32,000 bases of DNA from Methanopyrus kandleri AV19 (GCF_000007185.1 NC_003551.1:1470001-1502000); one strand, 5' to 3'; positions 1-11,383 are shown, numbered from the stretch's first letter. Notes: a model not told the origin generated them from the letters alone. A program made the numbers and translations.

Positions 1-1
1 T

Positions 2-2335
2 CCCGTACAGACGCTGCGTATCCTGGGGCTGACGGCGGTCTACTTGCTCGTAGTCGGGATCTTCTTCGCGTGCCGACAACTCGGCTTCACGACCTTCGAA
101 GCGGCGTTGAGCACCCTGCTGTTCCTAACGTCTCCATCCATACTTTGGGAGATCAACCGCGGCGGCATATTCCCGATGATGATGAGCCTCGGGTTCGGAC
201 TGCTCGCCCTGGGCCTCTTGGAGCGAACGCTCTCGCGAGGGTTCACCCCCAAGTCCGCGCTCGGAGTCATCGCGCTGATCACGCTCTCGCTCTTCACCCA
301 CCCGATCGGCGGTATGACCTGCCAAGGGGCCCTGATCCTGCGCGTGCTCCTAGAGGTAGTTCCCGAGGGATCACTCCGTCCGAACCAGTGGTTCCGAGCC
401 CTGACCGACCGGCAGAACCTCCCACTACTACTCCCCGCCGCACTTCCACTCCTCCTCGCGGCCCCTCAGTACCTCCCGATGCTCTTGTACCGGGGATACA
501 TCTCCCCGCTGGTCACGCCGGCCCCTCAGACGCCGTTAGATTGCATAGTCACACTCCTCTCGTGTCCCATGTGGTCACCGTTACCGTTTTTCATCCTCCT
601 ATCCGTGTTAGGGGCGTACTATGCACTTCGACGATCAGGCCCCGGTATCCGTCTGTACGGGGCGTTGACGTGCCTGATATTCTGCGCTTCAGTGTTCTCA
701 CTACTCGCGTTCTGGTCCATCTACAAGGTGGCTCCCGGCGGGCAGTTGATCACCCACCGATTACCCGGAGTGCTCTTCCCGCTGTTCGGCGCTCTGATCC
801 TCGGATGCGTGATCCGACACCGCCCGAAGGTGTTCGCGACCCTGGCGATACCTCAACTCCTACTCTTCGCCGTGTACGTGTGGAGCTACACGCAACCCGT
901 GGACCTGGACAGCGTGCGAGAGGGTCACATCCCGTCTCCCGTCGTCCACTTATGGAAAGCGATGGACCTGCTTCCCCGGTGCGTCGGTGCCGGCCTGACC
1001 TCGCCTCAGAGCCTCCTATGGACCTTGGTCGCCGCCGGCGGTTTCTTCACGCTGGACACGAAACCCACGGAGGACGCGAAGTGCGCGTTACACTACCTCC
1101 GTCACCAGGGTGGGCCTTACGACCGGGTTACGTTCGACCCGTTCACGCACGTCCCACTGTACCGCTGTGACAGCGCCTTCGTACCCATCGAGTCGGGCCA
1201 TTATTCCCTGCTGGGTTGGTTCAACCAGGGCGATCCGGCGTTCTACTCGCTGGCATGGTACGTGGAGTGGCAACATTCGTGGGTCTTCTACCCGAACGCG
1301 GTTCTGACGGTATTTCACCTGGCGAACGTACGATACGTGATATCCGGATCACCTAAGTGGACCGCCTCGCTCGAGCGTCTCCCCGAGTTCCACCGGCTGA
1401 CGGACTTCGGGAGGTATACCGTATTCTCGACATCGGTGAGCCCGGGTCCCGCCGAGCTGGTACCGCGCCCGATTCTGGTGATCGACGACATCCTCAGGCG
1501 ACCGAACCCGTACTACACCATGGTTCTCAACATAATACCGGATGGAGGCACACGGAGGATCTTCGTCGAGGGTTCACCCGAGGACGTGGCGCGCTTCCGT
1601 CAGATCATCGTGCGAACGGATCGACCGGACACCCTCGACGAGGTGCTACGGAAGATGAAGTCGGGACGCGTGTTGGTGATCGTGCCCGCGAACGATTACG
1701 CGACGGCCAGATACCTGGCCGAGCGGTTCGGACTTCACGTCAGGCCCGTGATCGTGTGCCCGTGGGAACCGCTCCCGTCAATGAAGGTCTGCAACAGGCT
1801 GATCGACGCGTACCGATTCGTCGGAATCACGGTGCCCGGAGCCACCCCGGAAGAGAGAACCTGGTTCCTGTTCAACGGACGCCCTTGGGTGGATGTGAAG
1901 CTCGGAAAGGTCGAAGTCCGGGTGTGCGGAGTGGACTTCGTTGACCTGGCCGGGACGTTACACCAAACGCTGTACTACGGGGCCGGGGCGTACCCCTTAC
2001 CCCCGAAGTGGGAGCGCGCGCTCCTCAACGAGGTCCTAAGGGGCTTCGACTCCGGTAAGCCGCGACCCGTGAAGTTCAAGGCGGTCGAACCGGACGACGT
2101 GCGCGTGCGTGGGAAAGGATACATACTCGTGAAGATAGGATACCACCCGGCTTGGCACGCGAACGCCCCGACGTACCGGGGATCGGGAGGACTGATCATC
2201 GTTCGATCGACAGGTGTTACACGGCTCCGGTTCGGGTTCACGTGGTGGGAGAGGATGCTGTGGTGGGGAGCGTTCGCGATCGGCCTGATGGGGTCCACAT
2301 GGCTGTACCTTAGAGGTAGGGACGAGGGTCGGTGA
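2..2335 (+). CDS. Large polytopic membrane protein: about 10 N-terminal TM helices, a ~400-aa soluble domain and one C-terminal TM. Possibly a GT-C-like glycosyltransferase, but function is not established. Probably 5'-truncated by the window edge.
   Basis: The frame is open from nt 2 with no upstream stop; the first in-window start is TTG at 44. Repeated hydrophobic stretches include [40 protein letters not shown] and a C-terminal [20 protein letters not shown] saw no WWDYG-type AglB motif. Confidence 0.6.
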   Translation, partial: PVQTLRILGLTAVYLLVVGIFFACRQLGFTTFEAALSTLLFLTSPSILWEINRGGIFPMMMSLGFGLLALGLLERTLSRGFTPKSALGVIALITLSLFTHPIGGMTCQGALILRVLLEVVPEGSLRPNQWFRALTDRQNLPLLLPAALPLLLAAPQYLPMLLYRGYISPLVTPAPQTPLDCIVTLLSCPMWSPLPFFILLSVLGAYYALRRSGPGIRLYGALTCLIFCASVFSLLAFWSIYKVAPGGQLITHRLPGVLFPLFGALILGCVIRHRPKVFATLAIPQLLLFAVYVWSYTQPVDLDSVREGHIPSPVVHLWKAMDLLPRCVGAGLTSPQSLLWTLVAAGGFFTLDTKPTEDAKCALHYLRHQGGPYDRVTFDPFTHVPLYRCDSAFVPIESGHYSLLGWFNQGDPAFYSLAWYVEWQHSWVFYPNAVLTVFHLANVRYVISGSPKWTASLERLPEFHRLTDFGRYTVFSTSVSPGPAELVPRPILVIDDILRRPNPYYTMVLNIIPDGGTRRIFVEGSPEDVARFRQIIVRTDRPDTLDEVLRKMKSGRVLVIVPANDYATARYLAERFGLHVRPVIVCPWEPLPSMKVCNRLIDAYRFVGITVPGATPEERTWFLFNGRPWVDVKLGKVEVRVCGVDFVDLAGTLHQTLYYGAGAYPLPPKWERALLNEVLRGFDSGKPRPVKFKAVEPDDVRVRGKGYILVKIGYHPAWHANAPTYRGSGGLIIVRSTGVTRLRFGFTWWERMLWWGAFAIGLMGSTWLYLRGRDEGR

Positions 2336-3566
2336 TCTCACCCTCGATAGCGCTGGCGGCGGCCGTCGCCGGACTGGCTAGATACACTTCCGACTCGCGG
2401 TGTCCCATCCTACCCGGAAAGTTCCTGTTGGACGTCGCTACGCATCGCTCGCCTTCCGCTAGCACTCCCATATGGCCACCCAGGCACGGACCGCAGTTCG
2501 GCGGGCAGATCAGTGCCCCCGCCTCGTGGAGTACTTCGAGCACGCCGTCCTTGAGCGTCCGGTGGTAAACTTCCCTCGACGCCGGGATGACGATCAGCCG
2601 GACGTCGTCGTGGACCTCCTCGCCTTCAAGTACCTCCGCCGCAACCTTCAGGTCCTCGTACCGACCGTTGGTACAGGAACCGATGAAGACTTGGTCGATC
2701 GCGATACCTTCGACCTCCCCCACGGGCACCACGTTGTCCGGAGAGAACGGCTTCGCGACCTGCGGCTCGAGGTCGCTCACGTCCAAGGTCAGCTCGGCCT
2801 CGTACCGGGCGTCCGGGTCCGGCTCAACCGGGCGCCCTTCCGTACCCGCACGCTTCTTGACGTACTCGAGCGTCTTCTCGTCGGGTGGAACCATTCCCGT
2901 CTTCGCTCCCATCTCGATCGCCATGTTGCACAGGCACATACGGTCCGATACGGACATCTCTCGGACGACCTCGCCGTGGTACTCGATCGCCATGTACGTC
3001 GCACCGTCGGCACCGATTTCTCCCGTCACCTTGAGCACGACATCCTTCGCGTACACACCTTCCGGAAGCTCTCCCGTGATCTCTACGCGGTAAGTTTCCG
3101 GGACGCGGAACCACAGCTTACCGGTCGCAAAGACCGCCGCCATGTCGGTGGAACCGATCCCGGTGGCGAAGGCTCCGAGCGCTCCGTGGGTGCAGGTGTG
3201 AGAGTCGGCCCCCACGATCACGTCCCCGGGACGCACGTGACCCTTCTCGGGGAGGACCTGGTGACAGACACCCTCCCGAACGTCGTAGAAGTGCTCGATA
3301 CCCTGTTCTTCGACGAACTCCCGCATTATTTTGTGGTTCTCCGCGGCTTCCACGGAGTCCGCGGGCACCTGATGGTCGAACAGCACGACGATCTTGGACG
3401 GGTCCCACACGCGCTCGACTCCCATCTCCTCGAGCCGCTGAACCGTGATCGGGCCCGTGATATCGTGGACCATCGCCACGTCGATGTTGGCGACGACGAT
3501 ATCCCCCGCCTCAGCGTCTTCTCCGGACGCTCGAGACAGTATCTTCTCGGCCATCGTCTTCCCCAC
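2310..3566 (-). CDS. leuC: Aconitase-family dehydratase large subunit (3-isopropylmalate dehydratase LeuC or homoaconitase HacA type)
   Basis: 418 aa. N-terminus [11 protein letters not shown]...[11 protein letters not shown], then [32 protein letters not shown] and the [10 protein letters not shown] cluster-ligand motifs typical of the family. LeuC and HacA cannot be told apart by eye. No small-subunit gene is adjacent. Confidence 0.85.
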   Translation of the reverse strand: MGKTMAEKILSRASGEDAEAGDIVVANIDVAMVHDITGPITVQRLEEMGVERVWDPSKIVVLFDHQVPADSVEAAENHKIMREFVEEQGIEHFYDVREGVCHQVLPEKGHVRPGDVIVGADSHTCTHGALGAFATGIGSTDMAAVFATGKLWFRVPETYRVEITGELPEGVYAKDVVLKVTGEIGADGATYMAIEYHGEVVREMSVSDRMCLCNMAIEMGAKTGMVPPDEKTLEYVKKRAGTEGRPVEPDPDARYEAELTLDVSDLEPQVAKPFSPDNVVPVGEVEGIAIDQVFIGSCTNGRYEDLKVAAEVLEGEEVHDDVRLIVIPASREVYHRTLKDGVLEVLHEAGALICPPNCGPCLGGHMGVLAEGERCVATSNRNFPGRMGHRESEVYLASPATAAASAIEGEITDPRPYL

Positions 3567-3636
3567 GGTGCTCGACCCCCGGCCGCCCCCGAGCGGCGGT
3601 TGAAAAAGGATCGGGGACCCGAGCCCCGTATATCAG

Positions 3637-4941
3637 GTGGAAGTGCCAAGGTCTAGAGGGGCGATCCTGACCTCGGACATCGACCGGTTGGTAGAAAAGC
3701 TGGCTGAAGAGGTCGGAAAGCGCGAGGAGGAGGTGCGCCGGGAGATCAACAGACTCCGGAAACGATGGGGAGTGTCGGAGCTCGGCGCGCTTCTCGCCCT
3801 CGCCGACCGGATGGGTGTGAAGCTGATGCGAACGGGAGAGGAAAAACCGGGGAGAGTGACGCTGGATGAAGCCATCTCCCGGGGACTGCAGTCCTTCGAC
3901 ACGGAGTTCATCGTCGTACGCGTGTCGGACCCCGCGAAGACCAGGTCGGGCGGTAAAATGGTGACCTTGGTGGTGGGGGACGAGACGCGGTCCGCCGCGT
4001 TGGTAGCGTTCGACGAGGCCGTCGAGACACTCGAGGAACTCGAGGAGGGTGATGTGGTACGGGCTAGGAACTTGACTGTGAGTTCGTTCCGTAACAGTCC
4101 ACAGCTGGTGGTCACTCGAGAGACCGAGCTTGAAGTCGTAGGCTCCGAGGAGGATCCGAACCGGATCATCGAGCGGAACATCTCCGAGGTGAAACACGGA
4201 GAGTACGTGCGCGTGCGAGGTGTCGTGGCGAGCGAGCCCGTCGATACGGGAGAACGCGTATACTTCTGGCTCTCCGACGAGACAGGCTCGACGCGTGTTA
4301 ACCTGTGGGGTGAGGAGGCCGAGCGTGCGCTGGACCTCGACTACGGCGACGGTGTGATCGTGGAAGGGTGGGTCTCTACCCGCGGTGATCACCCGACGAT
4401 CAACATACTCAGAACCCAAGGTCGTGTGGAGCCCGCTGAGGTTTCCATCAAACCAGCTATCCGGAAGCGTGTCGAGGAGCTCGGTAAGGGGGATGTGGCG
4501 GAGGTATCAGGCGTTATCGTCGCCGTATACGCACGTCGTCGGTACTACGAGGCGTGCCCCACCTGCGGTCGGGCCATGAGGAAGGGAGAGTGTCCCGAGC
4601 ACGGGGCCGTGGAACCCGAACGGAGACCCGTGCTGAACGTGGTCGTAGACGACGGTACCGGGACGGTAAGGACGGTGTTCTTCGGGGAACACGCGGTCGA
4701 GTTCGCGGGATACGAGACCACGAGGGAATACCTGGAAGCCGACGAATCCGACATCGAAAAGAGACTTTTAGGTGAAAGTGTTTCCGTAGTGCTCAGAGTT
4801 CGGGGAGAAGGGGTCGTAGAGGACTACGATGCCGTCGCACTGCGGGCTAGGATACTCAACGAGGAGGACTTCAAACGCGAAATCCCGATCTTGGTCCGGG
4901 AGCTGAAGGGGGAGGAGAGTGAAGGAGAGGAAGCTGAGTGA
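3637..4941 (+). CDS. rpa: Replication protein A (ssDNA-binding protein with OB folds and a zinc finger)
   Basis: 434 aa with a GTG start. Repeated OB-like segments are followed by CPTCGRAMRKGECPEHG (a 4-ligand Zn ribbon) and an acidic tail. It overlaps and precedes radA. Confidence 0.75.
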   Translation: MEVPRSRGAILTSDIDRLVEKLAEEVGKREEEVRREINRLRKRWGVSELGALLALADRMGVKLMRTGEEKPGRVTLDEAISRGLQSFDTEFIVVRVSDPAKTRSGGKMVTLVVGDETRSAALVAFDEAVETLEELEEGDVVRARNLTVSSFRNSPQLVVTRETELEVVGSEEDPNRIIERNISEVKHGEYVRVRGVVASEPVDTGERVYFWLSDETGSTRVNLWGEEAERALDLDYGDGVIVEGWVSTRGDHPTINILRTQGRVEPAEVSIKPAIRKRVEELGKGDVAEVSGVIVAVYARRRYYEACPTCGRAMRKGECPEHGAVEPERRPVLNVVVDDGTGTVRTVFFGEHAVEFAGYETTREYLEADESDIEKRLLGESVSVVLRVRGEGVVEDYDAVALRARILNEEDFKREIPILVRELKGEESEGEEAE

Positions 4942-5872
4942 TCTGGACCTACTGCCCGATGAAACCGTCAAAAAGCTGGAAGAGAAGGGGATCGTGACGG
5001 TCGAGGACTTCATTTACGCCGATCCGAAGTACCTGTCGGAGGTGACGGGGATGTCTGAGCGGGATGTGGAGGACATCCAGGAGGAGTTGAGGAATATCGA
5101 CGTGGAATTCGAGACGCTGGAGAAGCTGGAACGGAAACGCAGGCGCATAACCACGGGCTCCAGCGCGCTCGACGAGATCTTAGGAGGAGGCGTCCCGTGC
5201 GGGGAGTTGACAGAGTTCGCGGGCCCCTTCGGCTCGGGTAAGTCCCAGATCGTGTTCCAGCTGTGCGTGAACGTACAACTACCGGAAGAGGAGGGCGGGC
5301 TGGAGTCCAAGGCGATCTTCATCGATACGGAGGGAACCGTATCACCCGGTCGTATCAAGGGGATGGCGGAAGCCTTAGGGCTGGATCCCGGAGAGGCCCT
5401 GCGCAACGTCTTCGTGACGCAGGTGAGATCCGTGGAAGAGCAGATGCGAGCCGCGGAGGAGGCGCACAAACTGTGCGAGCGCGAGGATATCGGACTCGTC
5501 GTCATAGATTCCCTCACGGCGCACTTCCGCGCGGAGTACTCGAAGCTGGGGGACGTCAGCGAGCGTCAGGCCAGACTGATGAAGCACGTGGATCAACTCA
5601 GGAACCTTGCCATGGACCACGACGTGGCCGTGGTCTTCACCAACCAAGTGCACGTCGATATCGAGGCCGCCACGAAGGGCAAGGGCAGACGTTACGAGCC
5701 CGTCGGAGGAACGATCGTAGCCCACCAGGCCACGCATAGGATCATGCTCAGGAGAGCCAAAGGTGAGGTCCGAATCGCACGGATCATCGACTCACCGTAC
5801 CTTCCACAGCGTGAGGCAGCGTTCAGGATCACGGAAGAAGGCATTCGGGACGTGGAATTCCCTGAGCGATGA
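4919..5872 (+). CDS. radA: DNA repair and recombination protein RadA
   Basis: 317 aa. N-terminal HhH-like region, Walker A GPFGSGKSQ, Walker B LVVIDS, and an overall RecA/RadA layout. Confidence 0.95.
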   Translation: MKERKLSDLDLLPDETVKKLEEKGIVTVEDFIYADPKYLSEVTGMSERDVEDIQEELRNIDVEFETLEKLERKRRRITTGSSALDEILGGGVPCGELTEFAGPFGSGKSQIVFQLCVNVQLPEEEGGLESKAIFIDTEGTVSPGRIKGMAEALGLDPGEALRNVFVTQVRSVEEQMRAAEEAHKLCEREDIGLVVIDSLTAHFRAEYSKLGDVSERQARLMKHVDQLRNLAMDHDVAVVFTNQVHVDIEAATKGKGRRYEPVGGTIVAHQATHRIMLRRAKGEVRIARIIDSPYLPQREAAFRITEEGIRDVEFPER

Positions 5873-5943
5873 GGACAGGCCCAATAGCCGAAACCCGATG
5901 ACGAGCTCCCGGTCCCATCCGAGCCCTCGCGGGTGAAACGCTT

Positions 5944-7071
5944 ATGGAGTTCGATGTGGTGGTGGTCGGTGCGGGTCCGGCGGGTTCGGTGGCGGCGTGG
6001 GCCGCGGCGGAGGCCGGTTGTGATGTCCTGATACTCGAGCGTAAGGCCGAGATCGGCGTCCCCAAACAGTGCGCCGAAGGCATCAGCGCACGAGCTCTCG
6101 AGGAGGTCGGAATCAGACCTGACGACGGTTGGATAGCCGCGGAAATAGAGCGTGGTATCCTCTCGCTACCGAGTGGTTCCAAGTTCGAGGTTGAGGTCGA
6201 AGGGTACGTGTTGGAGCGTCGTGTGTTTGATAAGTGGTTGGTTGTTCGGGCGGTGGAGGCTGGTGCGGAGGTCGAGTTGTTGGCGCATGCTCGACGGGCG
6301 TTGTTAGATGAGGGTCGGGTGGTCGGGGTCGAGTACGAGGGCGAGGATGGAGTGCACGAGGTCCGAGCCCGCATCGTCATCGCCGCAGACGGAATCGAAT
6401 CACGCATAGGAAGAACCGCCGGACTGGTTCCTCAACTCGAGCCTGATCATATATGCACCTGCGCACAGTACGAGGTCGTCGGCGACCGGTACGATCCGAA
6501 GGCGTTCATGATCCACTTCGATCCCGAGCGGATACCCGGCGGGTACGCATGGGTCTTCCCGAAAGGGGAGAACCGGGCGAACGTAGGGGTGGGAATCCGA
6601 GGGTCCGAATCCAGTCCAGGTCTGGCCTTAAAAACGCTCGACGAGCTCGTCGAGGGTCCCTTATCCGAGCTCGTAGCGGGGACGCCAGTGGAGGTGAACG
6701 TGGGTGGTGTGCCGGTGTGCGGGCCCGTCGAGCGGACGTACGGTGACGGGATCCTCCTCGTGGGTGATGCGGCCCGCCAGGTCAACCCGTTAACCGGTGG
6801 CGGGTTGAACACCGCGCTTATCTGCGGTCGGATCGCGGGCGAGGTGGCGGTCGAGGCGATCGAAGAGGACGACACGTCCGCCTCCTTCCTGAAACGGTAC
6901 CAAGACCGGTGGGAAGAAGAATTCAGGGACACGTTCGAATGTGCGCGTGAGGTGGCGGAAATGCTCCCAGAGCTTGACTTGAAGGAAGTCGTCGAGTTCC
7001 TATCGTCGGTGGAAAACTTGGAGGAAATGCTGAGGACATCTGGTATCTTGGAGGACGTGTGGTGGGGTTAG
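5944..7071 (+). CDS. Geranylgeranyl reductase family flavoprotein (digeranylgeranylglycerophospholipid reductase-like)
   Basis: 375 aa. FAD Rossmann motif DVVVVGAGPAGS at the N-terminus, GDAARQVNPLTGGG near residue 280, and an archaeal lipid reductase-like length. Confidence 0.8.
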   Translation: MEFDVVVVGAGPAGSVAAWAAAEAGCDVLILERKAEIGVPKQCAEGISARALEEVGIRPDDGWIAAEIERGILSLPSGSKFEVEVEGYVLERRVFDKWLVVRAVEAGAEVELLAHARRALLDEGRVVGVEYEGEDGVHEVRARIVIAADGIESRIGRTAGLVPQLEPDHICTCAQYEVVGDRYDPKAFMIHFDPERIPGGYAWVFPKGENRANVGVGIRGSESSPGLALKTLDELVEGPLSELVAGTPVEVNVGGVPVCGPVERTYGDGILLVGDAARQVNPLTGGGLNTALICGRIAGEVAVEAIEEDDTSASFLKRYQDRWEEEFRDTFECAREVAEMLPELDLKEVVEFLSSVENLEEMLRTSGILEDVWWG

Positions 7072-7274
7072 AGTTCTCCGCGCTGCTCGGCCATGAACTC
7101 CCGATGCTTCTCCGTCCAGCGAACCTTCTTCGGATCCCTTCCGAGCTTCAGCATGTTACGCTCGCACTTGCTGGAGCAGAACCATAGGATCGTGCCATCG
7201 TTCTTGACGAACATTTTTCCTGTCCCTGGCTCAATGATCCGACCGCAGAAGTCACAGCGCCGAACATCGGGCAT
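7068..7274 (-). CDS. rpl24e: 50S ribosomal protein L24e
   Basis: 68 aa. RCDFCGRIIEPGTGKMFVKNDGTILWFCSSKCERN is a zinc-ribbon L24e signature. It lies downstream of S28e as in other archaea. Confidence 0.95.
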   Translation of the reverse strand: MPDVRRCDFCGRIIEPGTGKMFVKNDGTILWFCSSKCERNMLKLGRDPKKVRWTEKHREFMAEQRGEL

Positions 7275-7286
7275 TCTGAGCCCCCC

Positions 7287-7520
7287 TTACTCGATCGGTC
7301 GCGCCTCCCTCTCGGTTTCCCTCAGCAGTAGGATGTCTCCTTCTCGAACGGGCCCTTTGACGTTTCTAGTGATGATCCTACCCTTGTCCGGTCCCTCCAG
7401 GATCCTGACCTTCACCTGTGTCACCTCACCGGCCATTCCGGTGCGCCCTAAGATCTCCACGACTTCCGCGGGTGTTGCGTCCTCTGTCGGGTCGTAGTCG
7501 CACTCTACCATCTTTTCCAC
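7287..7520 (-). CDS. rps28e: 30S ribosomal protein S28e
   Basis: 77 aa. [48 protein letters not shown] matches the S28e core. Confidence 0.95.
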   Translation of the reverse strand: MEKMVECDYDPTEDATPAEVVEILGRTGMAGEVTQVKVRILEGPDKGRIITRNVKGPVREGDILLLRETEREARPIE

Positions 7521-7628
7521 CCCCTAGGCGAGGCCTTCCCTGAGCCCCGTTATGAAGTTTCGTCGGGGGTTCGGACGCGGTACAAGACTTAAAGTGAAGG
7601 GCGGGTTCGGCGCGCTGGGGGTGGCCGC

Positions 7629-8021
7629 TTGCCCGAGTTCAAGGTAGTAGTGGCGGATCCGGAGAAGGCTCGCTCCTACCAGGTGGAGGTGAAAGGTGAG
7701 GATGCCGAGAAGCTGATCGGGAAGAGGATCGGTGACGTGATCGACGGCGAAATCGTCGGTCTACCGGGGTACAAGCTCAAGATCACGGGCGGAACGGACA
7801 AGGACGGGTTCCCGATGCGACCTGACATCCACGGACCGGTACGCGTTCGCCTACTCCTCAGCGGTCCGCCGGGTTTCCGCCCCGAGCGTAAAGGTGAGCG
7901 GAGGCGTAAGACGGTTCGCGGTAACACGATCAGCGAGGATATCGTTCAAGTGAACACCGTCATCGTCGAGTACGGCGACAAGCCCGTGGAGGAGTTACTC
8001 GGCGAGGGCGGCGAGGAGTAA
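7629..8021 (+). CDS. rps6e: 30S ribosomal protein S6e
   Basis: 130 aa with a TTG start. FKVVVADPE...[21 protein letters not shown] is a typical S6e sequence. Confidence 0.9.
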   Translation: MPEFKVVVADPEKARSYQVEVKGEDAEKLIGKRIGDVIDGEIVGLPGYKLKITGGTDKDGFPMRPDIHGPVRVRLLLSGPPGFRPERKGERRRKTVRGNTISEDIVQVNTVIVEYGDKPVEELLGEGGEE

Positions 8022-8027
8022 CCGCGG

Positions 8028-9296
8028 GTGGGTACCGTGCCCGTCGACTTACGACGAGTGGACGACGAGCGGTTCCAACAGGCCGAAATGAACATCGGAA
8101 TGGTGGGGCACGTAGACCACGGTAAGACCACGCTGACGAAGGCCCTCTCCGGCGTGTGGACGGACACGCACAGCGAGGAGACCAGACGCGGCATCTCCAT
8201 CCGACTGGGTTACGCGGACACCGTCCTCACGCGATGTCCCGAGTGCGACACCTATTCGGTGGAGGAGAAGTGTCCGGAGTGCGGAGCCGAAACCGAGTGG
8301 CTCCGGCGGGTCTCCTTCGTCGACTCCCCGGGCCACGAGACGTTGATGGCGACGATGCTCTCCGGTGCCGCGATCATGGACGCAGCCATCCTGGTGATCG
8401 CCGCGAACGAGCCCTGCCCGCAGCCTCAGACCCGAGAGCACCTGATGGCACTGGAAATCATCGGAACCGAAGACGTGATCGTCGTTCAGAACAAGATCGA
8501 CTTAGTCACCCCGGAGGAAGCCAGGGAGCATTACGAGCAGATCGTACAGTTCCTGGAGGAGGAGACGCACCTCGACCCCGATAAGACCCCCATAATCCCC
8601 GTCTCCGCCCAGCATAAGGCGAACTTAGACGTCTTAGTCGAGGCCATGTACGAGCACTTCGAGCCCCCCGAGTACGATCTGGACGCACCGTTCCGCATGT
8701 ACATCGCCCGATCGTTCGACGTCAACAAGCCCGGTACCAGACCGAGCGACCTCAAGGGCGGCGTGATAGGAGGAGCCATCGTCCAGGGAGAGGTCGAGAT
8801 CGGTGACGAAATCGAGATACGGCCGGGAATCCGGGTGGAGCGATACGGTCGTACCGAGTGGGAACCGGTGTACACGGAGGTGGTGAGCCTCCACGCGAAC
8901 GTGACGCCGGTGGAGCGTGCGAGACCCGGCGGTCTGGTCGGTATAGGCACGAAGCTAGACCCCACCATGACCAAAGCGGACCGGTTGTCGGGCCAAGTGG
9001 CCGGAGAACCCGACACATTGCCGCCCGTCCGTCACGAGCTGCTGTTGGAGGTGGAACTGCTCGAGCGGGTGGTAGGAACCGAAGAGGAGCGTAAGGTGGA
9101 ACCCATCCGGACGAACGAGGTACTGATGCTCACCGTGGGTACGGCGACTACAGTGGGCGTGGTGACCAGTGCACGGGACGACGAGATTGAGATCAAGCTG
9201 AAACAACCGGTGTGCGCCGAAGAAGGCGACAGGGTCGCGATAAGCCGTAGGATCCAGCGGTGGCGTCTGATAGGCCACGGTGTCATCAAAGGGTGA
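8028..9296 (+). CDS. eif2g: Translation initiation factor aIF2 gamma subunit
   Basis: 422 aa. G1 GHVDHGKTT, the Cys-rich insert [23 protein letters not shown] and NKIDL GTPase motifs. Confidence 0.95.
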   Translation: MGTVPVDLRRVDDERFQQAEMNIGMVGHVDHGKTTLTKALSGVWTDTHSEETRRGISIRLGYADTVLTRCPECDTYSVEEKCPECGAETEWLRRVSFVDSPGHETLMATMLSGAAIMDAAILVIAANEPCPQPQTREHLMALEIIGTEDVIVVQNKIDLVTPEEAREHYEQIVQFLEEETHLDPDKTPIIPVSAQHKANLDVLVEAMYEHFEPPEYDLDAPFRMYIARSFDVNKPGTRPSDLKGGVIGGAIVQGEVEIGDEIEIRPGIRVERYGRTEWEPVYTEVVSLHANVTPVERARPGGLVGIGTKLDPTMTKADRLSGQVAGEPDTLPPVRHELLLEVELLERVVGTEEERKVEPIRTNEVLMLTVGTATTVGVVTSARDDEIEIKLKQPVCAEEGDRVAISRRIQRWRLIGHGVIKG

Positions 9297-9302
9297 AGGG
9301 GC

Positions 9303-9695
9303 GTGACCATCAGAGTCGTGTTGGACGCTAACTTCCTCATGATACCGCATCAGGAAGGGGTGGACGTGTTCTCCGAACTCGACCGCCTCTTGGGCTCCTA
9401 CCGACCCATCGTTCCCCGTCAGGTCCTCGAGGAACTGGAGCGCGTGAAGCGTGCGGCTACCGGTCGGGACAAGATCGCGGCGCGAGTAGCCCTATCCCTC
9501 GTAGACGCTAAAGGGATCGAGGTAGTGGACGTTAAAGGGAGGGACGGAGACGAGGCAATCTTGAACCTCGCCCGACGGTGGGATCGAGTGTACGTGGGCA
9601 CCCGAGACAAGGAGCTCAAAAAGCGCCTGTGGAAACTCGGTGTTCCGGTGATAACGTTGCGTCAGCGCACACACCTGGTGATCGAGCGGGGTTAA
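9303..9695 (+). CDS. PIN-domain protein (Fcf1/Utp24-like predicted endoribonuclease commonly found next to aIF2-gamma)
   Basis: 130 aa. N-terminal VVLDANFLM acidic motif, a later DGDEAIL and a C-terminal TRDKELKKRL, giving a PIN-like acidic quartet pattern. Confidence 0.7.
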   Translation: MTIRVVLDANFLMIPHQEGVDVFSELDRLLGSYRPIVPRQVLEELERVKRAATGRDKIAARVALSLVDAKGIEVVDVKGRDGDEAILNLARRWDRVYVGTRDKELKKRLWKLGVPVITLRQRTHLVIERG

Positions 9696-9699
9696 CACC

Positions 9700-10290
9700 T
9701 TGGAAGTACCACCTTCTCCCGTCCTGAGCGATGCCTTAGGGAAGCGCTACGTACTCCGGGGAATCCGTCACATCGTGGGCCCGGTGCCGATCTGCGGACG
9801 GGCGGTGACTGTGCTCGTGGAAGGGACGGACTGGGGGACCGTGGTGGAAGCCATCGACGAGGCCGAGGAAGGTGACGTGCTCGTGATCCAAGCCAGAGAC
9901 AGGGCGCGGGCGTACTGGGGAGGTCTCTCCTCTCTATCGGCCAAGCGGAAGGGATTGGCCGGAACTGTCGTGGACGGATTAGTTAGGGACGTAGATGACG
10001 TACGCGAGATCGGCTACACCGTTTTCGCCCGCGGCGTTACCCCTAGAGCGGGAACCCACCGTCGATCCGGAAAGATTAACGTCGACCTGTACGTCTCGGG
10101 CGTGCTCGTGCGTCCCGGTGACATTATAGTGGGGGACGAGAGCGGCGTCGTGGTCGTTCCCGAGGAGGAGTGGGAAGACGCGCTCAAGCGAGCCCGTGAG
10201 ATACTCGAATTGGAAGATGACATCAGGACCGACATCGCGGCCAACCGTGCATGGTGGGAGATCGTGCCGGATAAGTTGGGGGGATGGTGA
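9700..10290 (+). CDS. RraA-family protein (RraA/HMG aldolase-like)
   Basis: 196 aa. GDVLVIQA...[48 protein letters not shown] matches the RraA fold signature. Confidence 0.75.
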   Translation: MEVPPSPVLSDALGKRYVLRGIRHIVGPVPICGRAVTVLVEGTDWGTVVEAIDEAEEGDVLVIQARDRARAYWGGLSSLSAKRKGLAGTVVDGLVRDVDDVREIGYTVFARGVTPRAGTHRRSGKINVDLYVSGVLVRPGDIIVGDESGVVVVPEEEWEDALKRAREILELEDDIRTDIAANRAWWEIVPDKLGGW

Positions 10291-10294
10291 AGAG

Positions 10295-10825
10295 ATGATG
10301 AACCTCTGGAAAGACCTGGAACCGGGCCCGAATCCACCCGACGTAGTGTACGCGGTGATAGAAATCCCACGTGGCTCGAGGAACAAGTACGAGTACGACG
10401 AAGAGCGTGGGTTCTTCAAGCTGGACCGAGTACTCTACTCGCCGTTCCACTATCCACTGGACTACGGGTTTATCCCCCGAACGCTGTACGACGACGGTGA
10501 CCCCCTCGACATCCTGGTGATCATGCAGGACCCCACGTTCCCCGGCTGCGTGATCGAGGCACGACCGATCGGTCTGATGAAGATGTTGGACGACAGCGAC
10601 CAGGACGACAAGGTTCTGGCGGTGCCCACTGAGGACCCCCGGTTCAAGGACGTTAAGGACCTGGATGACGTTCCCAAGCACCTGCTCGACGAGATCGCCC
10701 ACATGTTCTCCGAGTACAAGCGACTGGAAGGCAAGGAGACCGAAGTCCTAGGGTGGGAAGGTGCGGACGCCGCTAAGGAAGCCATAGTTCACGCGATAGA
10801 GCTGTACGAGGAGGAGCACGGGTGA
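10295..10825 (+). CDS. ppa: Inorganic pyrophosphatase (family I)
   Basis: I start at ATG 10295 ([12 protein letters not shown]...[15 protein letters not shown]...DGDPLDILV...DDKVLAV). The upstream part of ORF 10196 overlaps the RraA-like gene and lacks PPase similarity. Confidence 0.9.
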   Translation: MMNLWKDLEPGPNPPDVVYAVIEIPRGSRNKYEYDEERGFFKLDRVLYSPFHYPLDYGFIPRTLYDDGDPLDILVIMQDPTFPGCVIEARPIGLMKMLDDSDQDDKVLAVPTEDPRFKDVKDLDDVPKHLLDEIAHMFSEYKRLEGKETEVLGWEGADAAKEAIVHAIELYEEEHG

Positions 10826-10831
10826 ATCCCG

Positions 10832-11383
10832 TTGTACGAGCTCGTGGAACTCGAAACCACGGTTAGAATTCCCCCCACCCAATTTACCTCCGACGTCGAG
10901 GATGCCGTGCTCAAAGCCTTAGAGAACGACGTCGAGGGGAAGCTCTTCCGGGAAGATGACACCGGCGAGCCCATCGGATTCGTGGTCTTCGTGGACGAAA
11001 TCCTCGACGTGGAGAATGAGGGTATTTTCCCCGGCGATGGCGCCTCCTACCACCGCGTAAGGTTCAGGGCCTTGGTCTTCCGCCCGGTGGAGCGCGAGGT
11101 GGTAGTGGGCGAAGTAACTAGGGTGAAGGAGTACGGAGCCTTCGTGCGTCTGGGACCGCTAGACGGTCTCCTGCACGTCTCCCAGATCCTCGATGAGTAC
11201 ATGTACTACGACGGGGCCCGAGAGGCGCTAGTCGGTGAGGAGACCGGTCGGGAGCTCAAACGGGGTGATGTGATCAAAGTGATGATTATCGGTGTGAGCC
11301 TCAACGAGGAACGGCCCAGAGACTCGAAGATCGCCTTGACCGTGAAGAGACCCGGTCTAGGGAAGCCGGAGTGGTGGGAATGA
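10832..11383 (+). CDS. rpoE1: DNA-directed RNA polymerase subunit E' (Rpo7) with S1 domain
   Basis: 183 aa with a TTG start. MYELVELETTVRIPP N-terminus and an S1-like VVGEVTRVKEYGAFVRLGPLDGLLHVSQI. Confidence 0.9.
   Translation: MYELVELETTVRIPPTQFTSDVEDAVLKALENDVEGKLFREDDTGEPIGFVVFVDEILDVENEGIFPGDGASYHRVRFRALVFRPVEREVVVGEVTRVKEYGAFVRLGPLDGLLHVSQILDEYMYYDGAREALVGEETGRELKRGDVIKVMIIGVSLNEERPRDSKIALTVKRPGLGKPEWWE

Noticed and set aside
2472-3656. 394-aa plus-strand ORF. Similar long ORFs occur at 70-1170 (+), 3511-4419 (-), 12235-13054 (-), 16385-17173 (-), 23729-24652 (-), 27016-27660 (-), 28187-28810 (-) and 31234-31564 (-).
   Set aside because: All lie antisense to, or out of frame with, genes that have clear family motifs. 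Their translations are Arg/Pro/Gly/Ser-rich low-complexity sequence, typical of stop-poor frames in GC-rich DNA.
10196-10294. Upstream extension of the pyrophosphatase ORF.
   Set aside because: It overlaps the 3' end of the RraA-like gene in another frame. PPase homology ([10 protein letters not shown]...) begins at the ATG-ATG at 10295.
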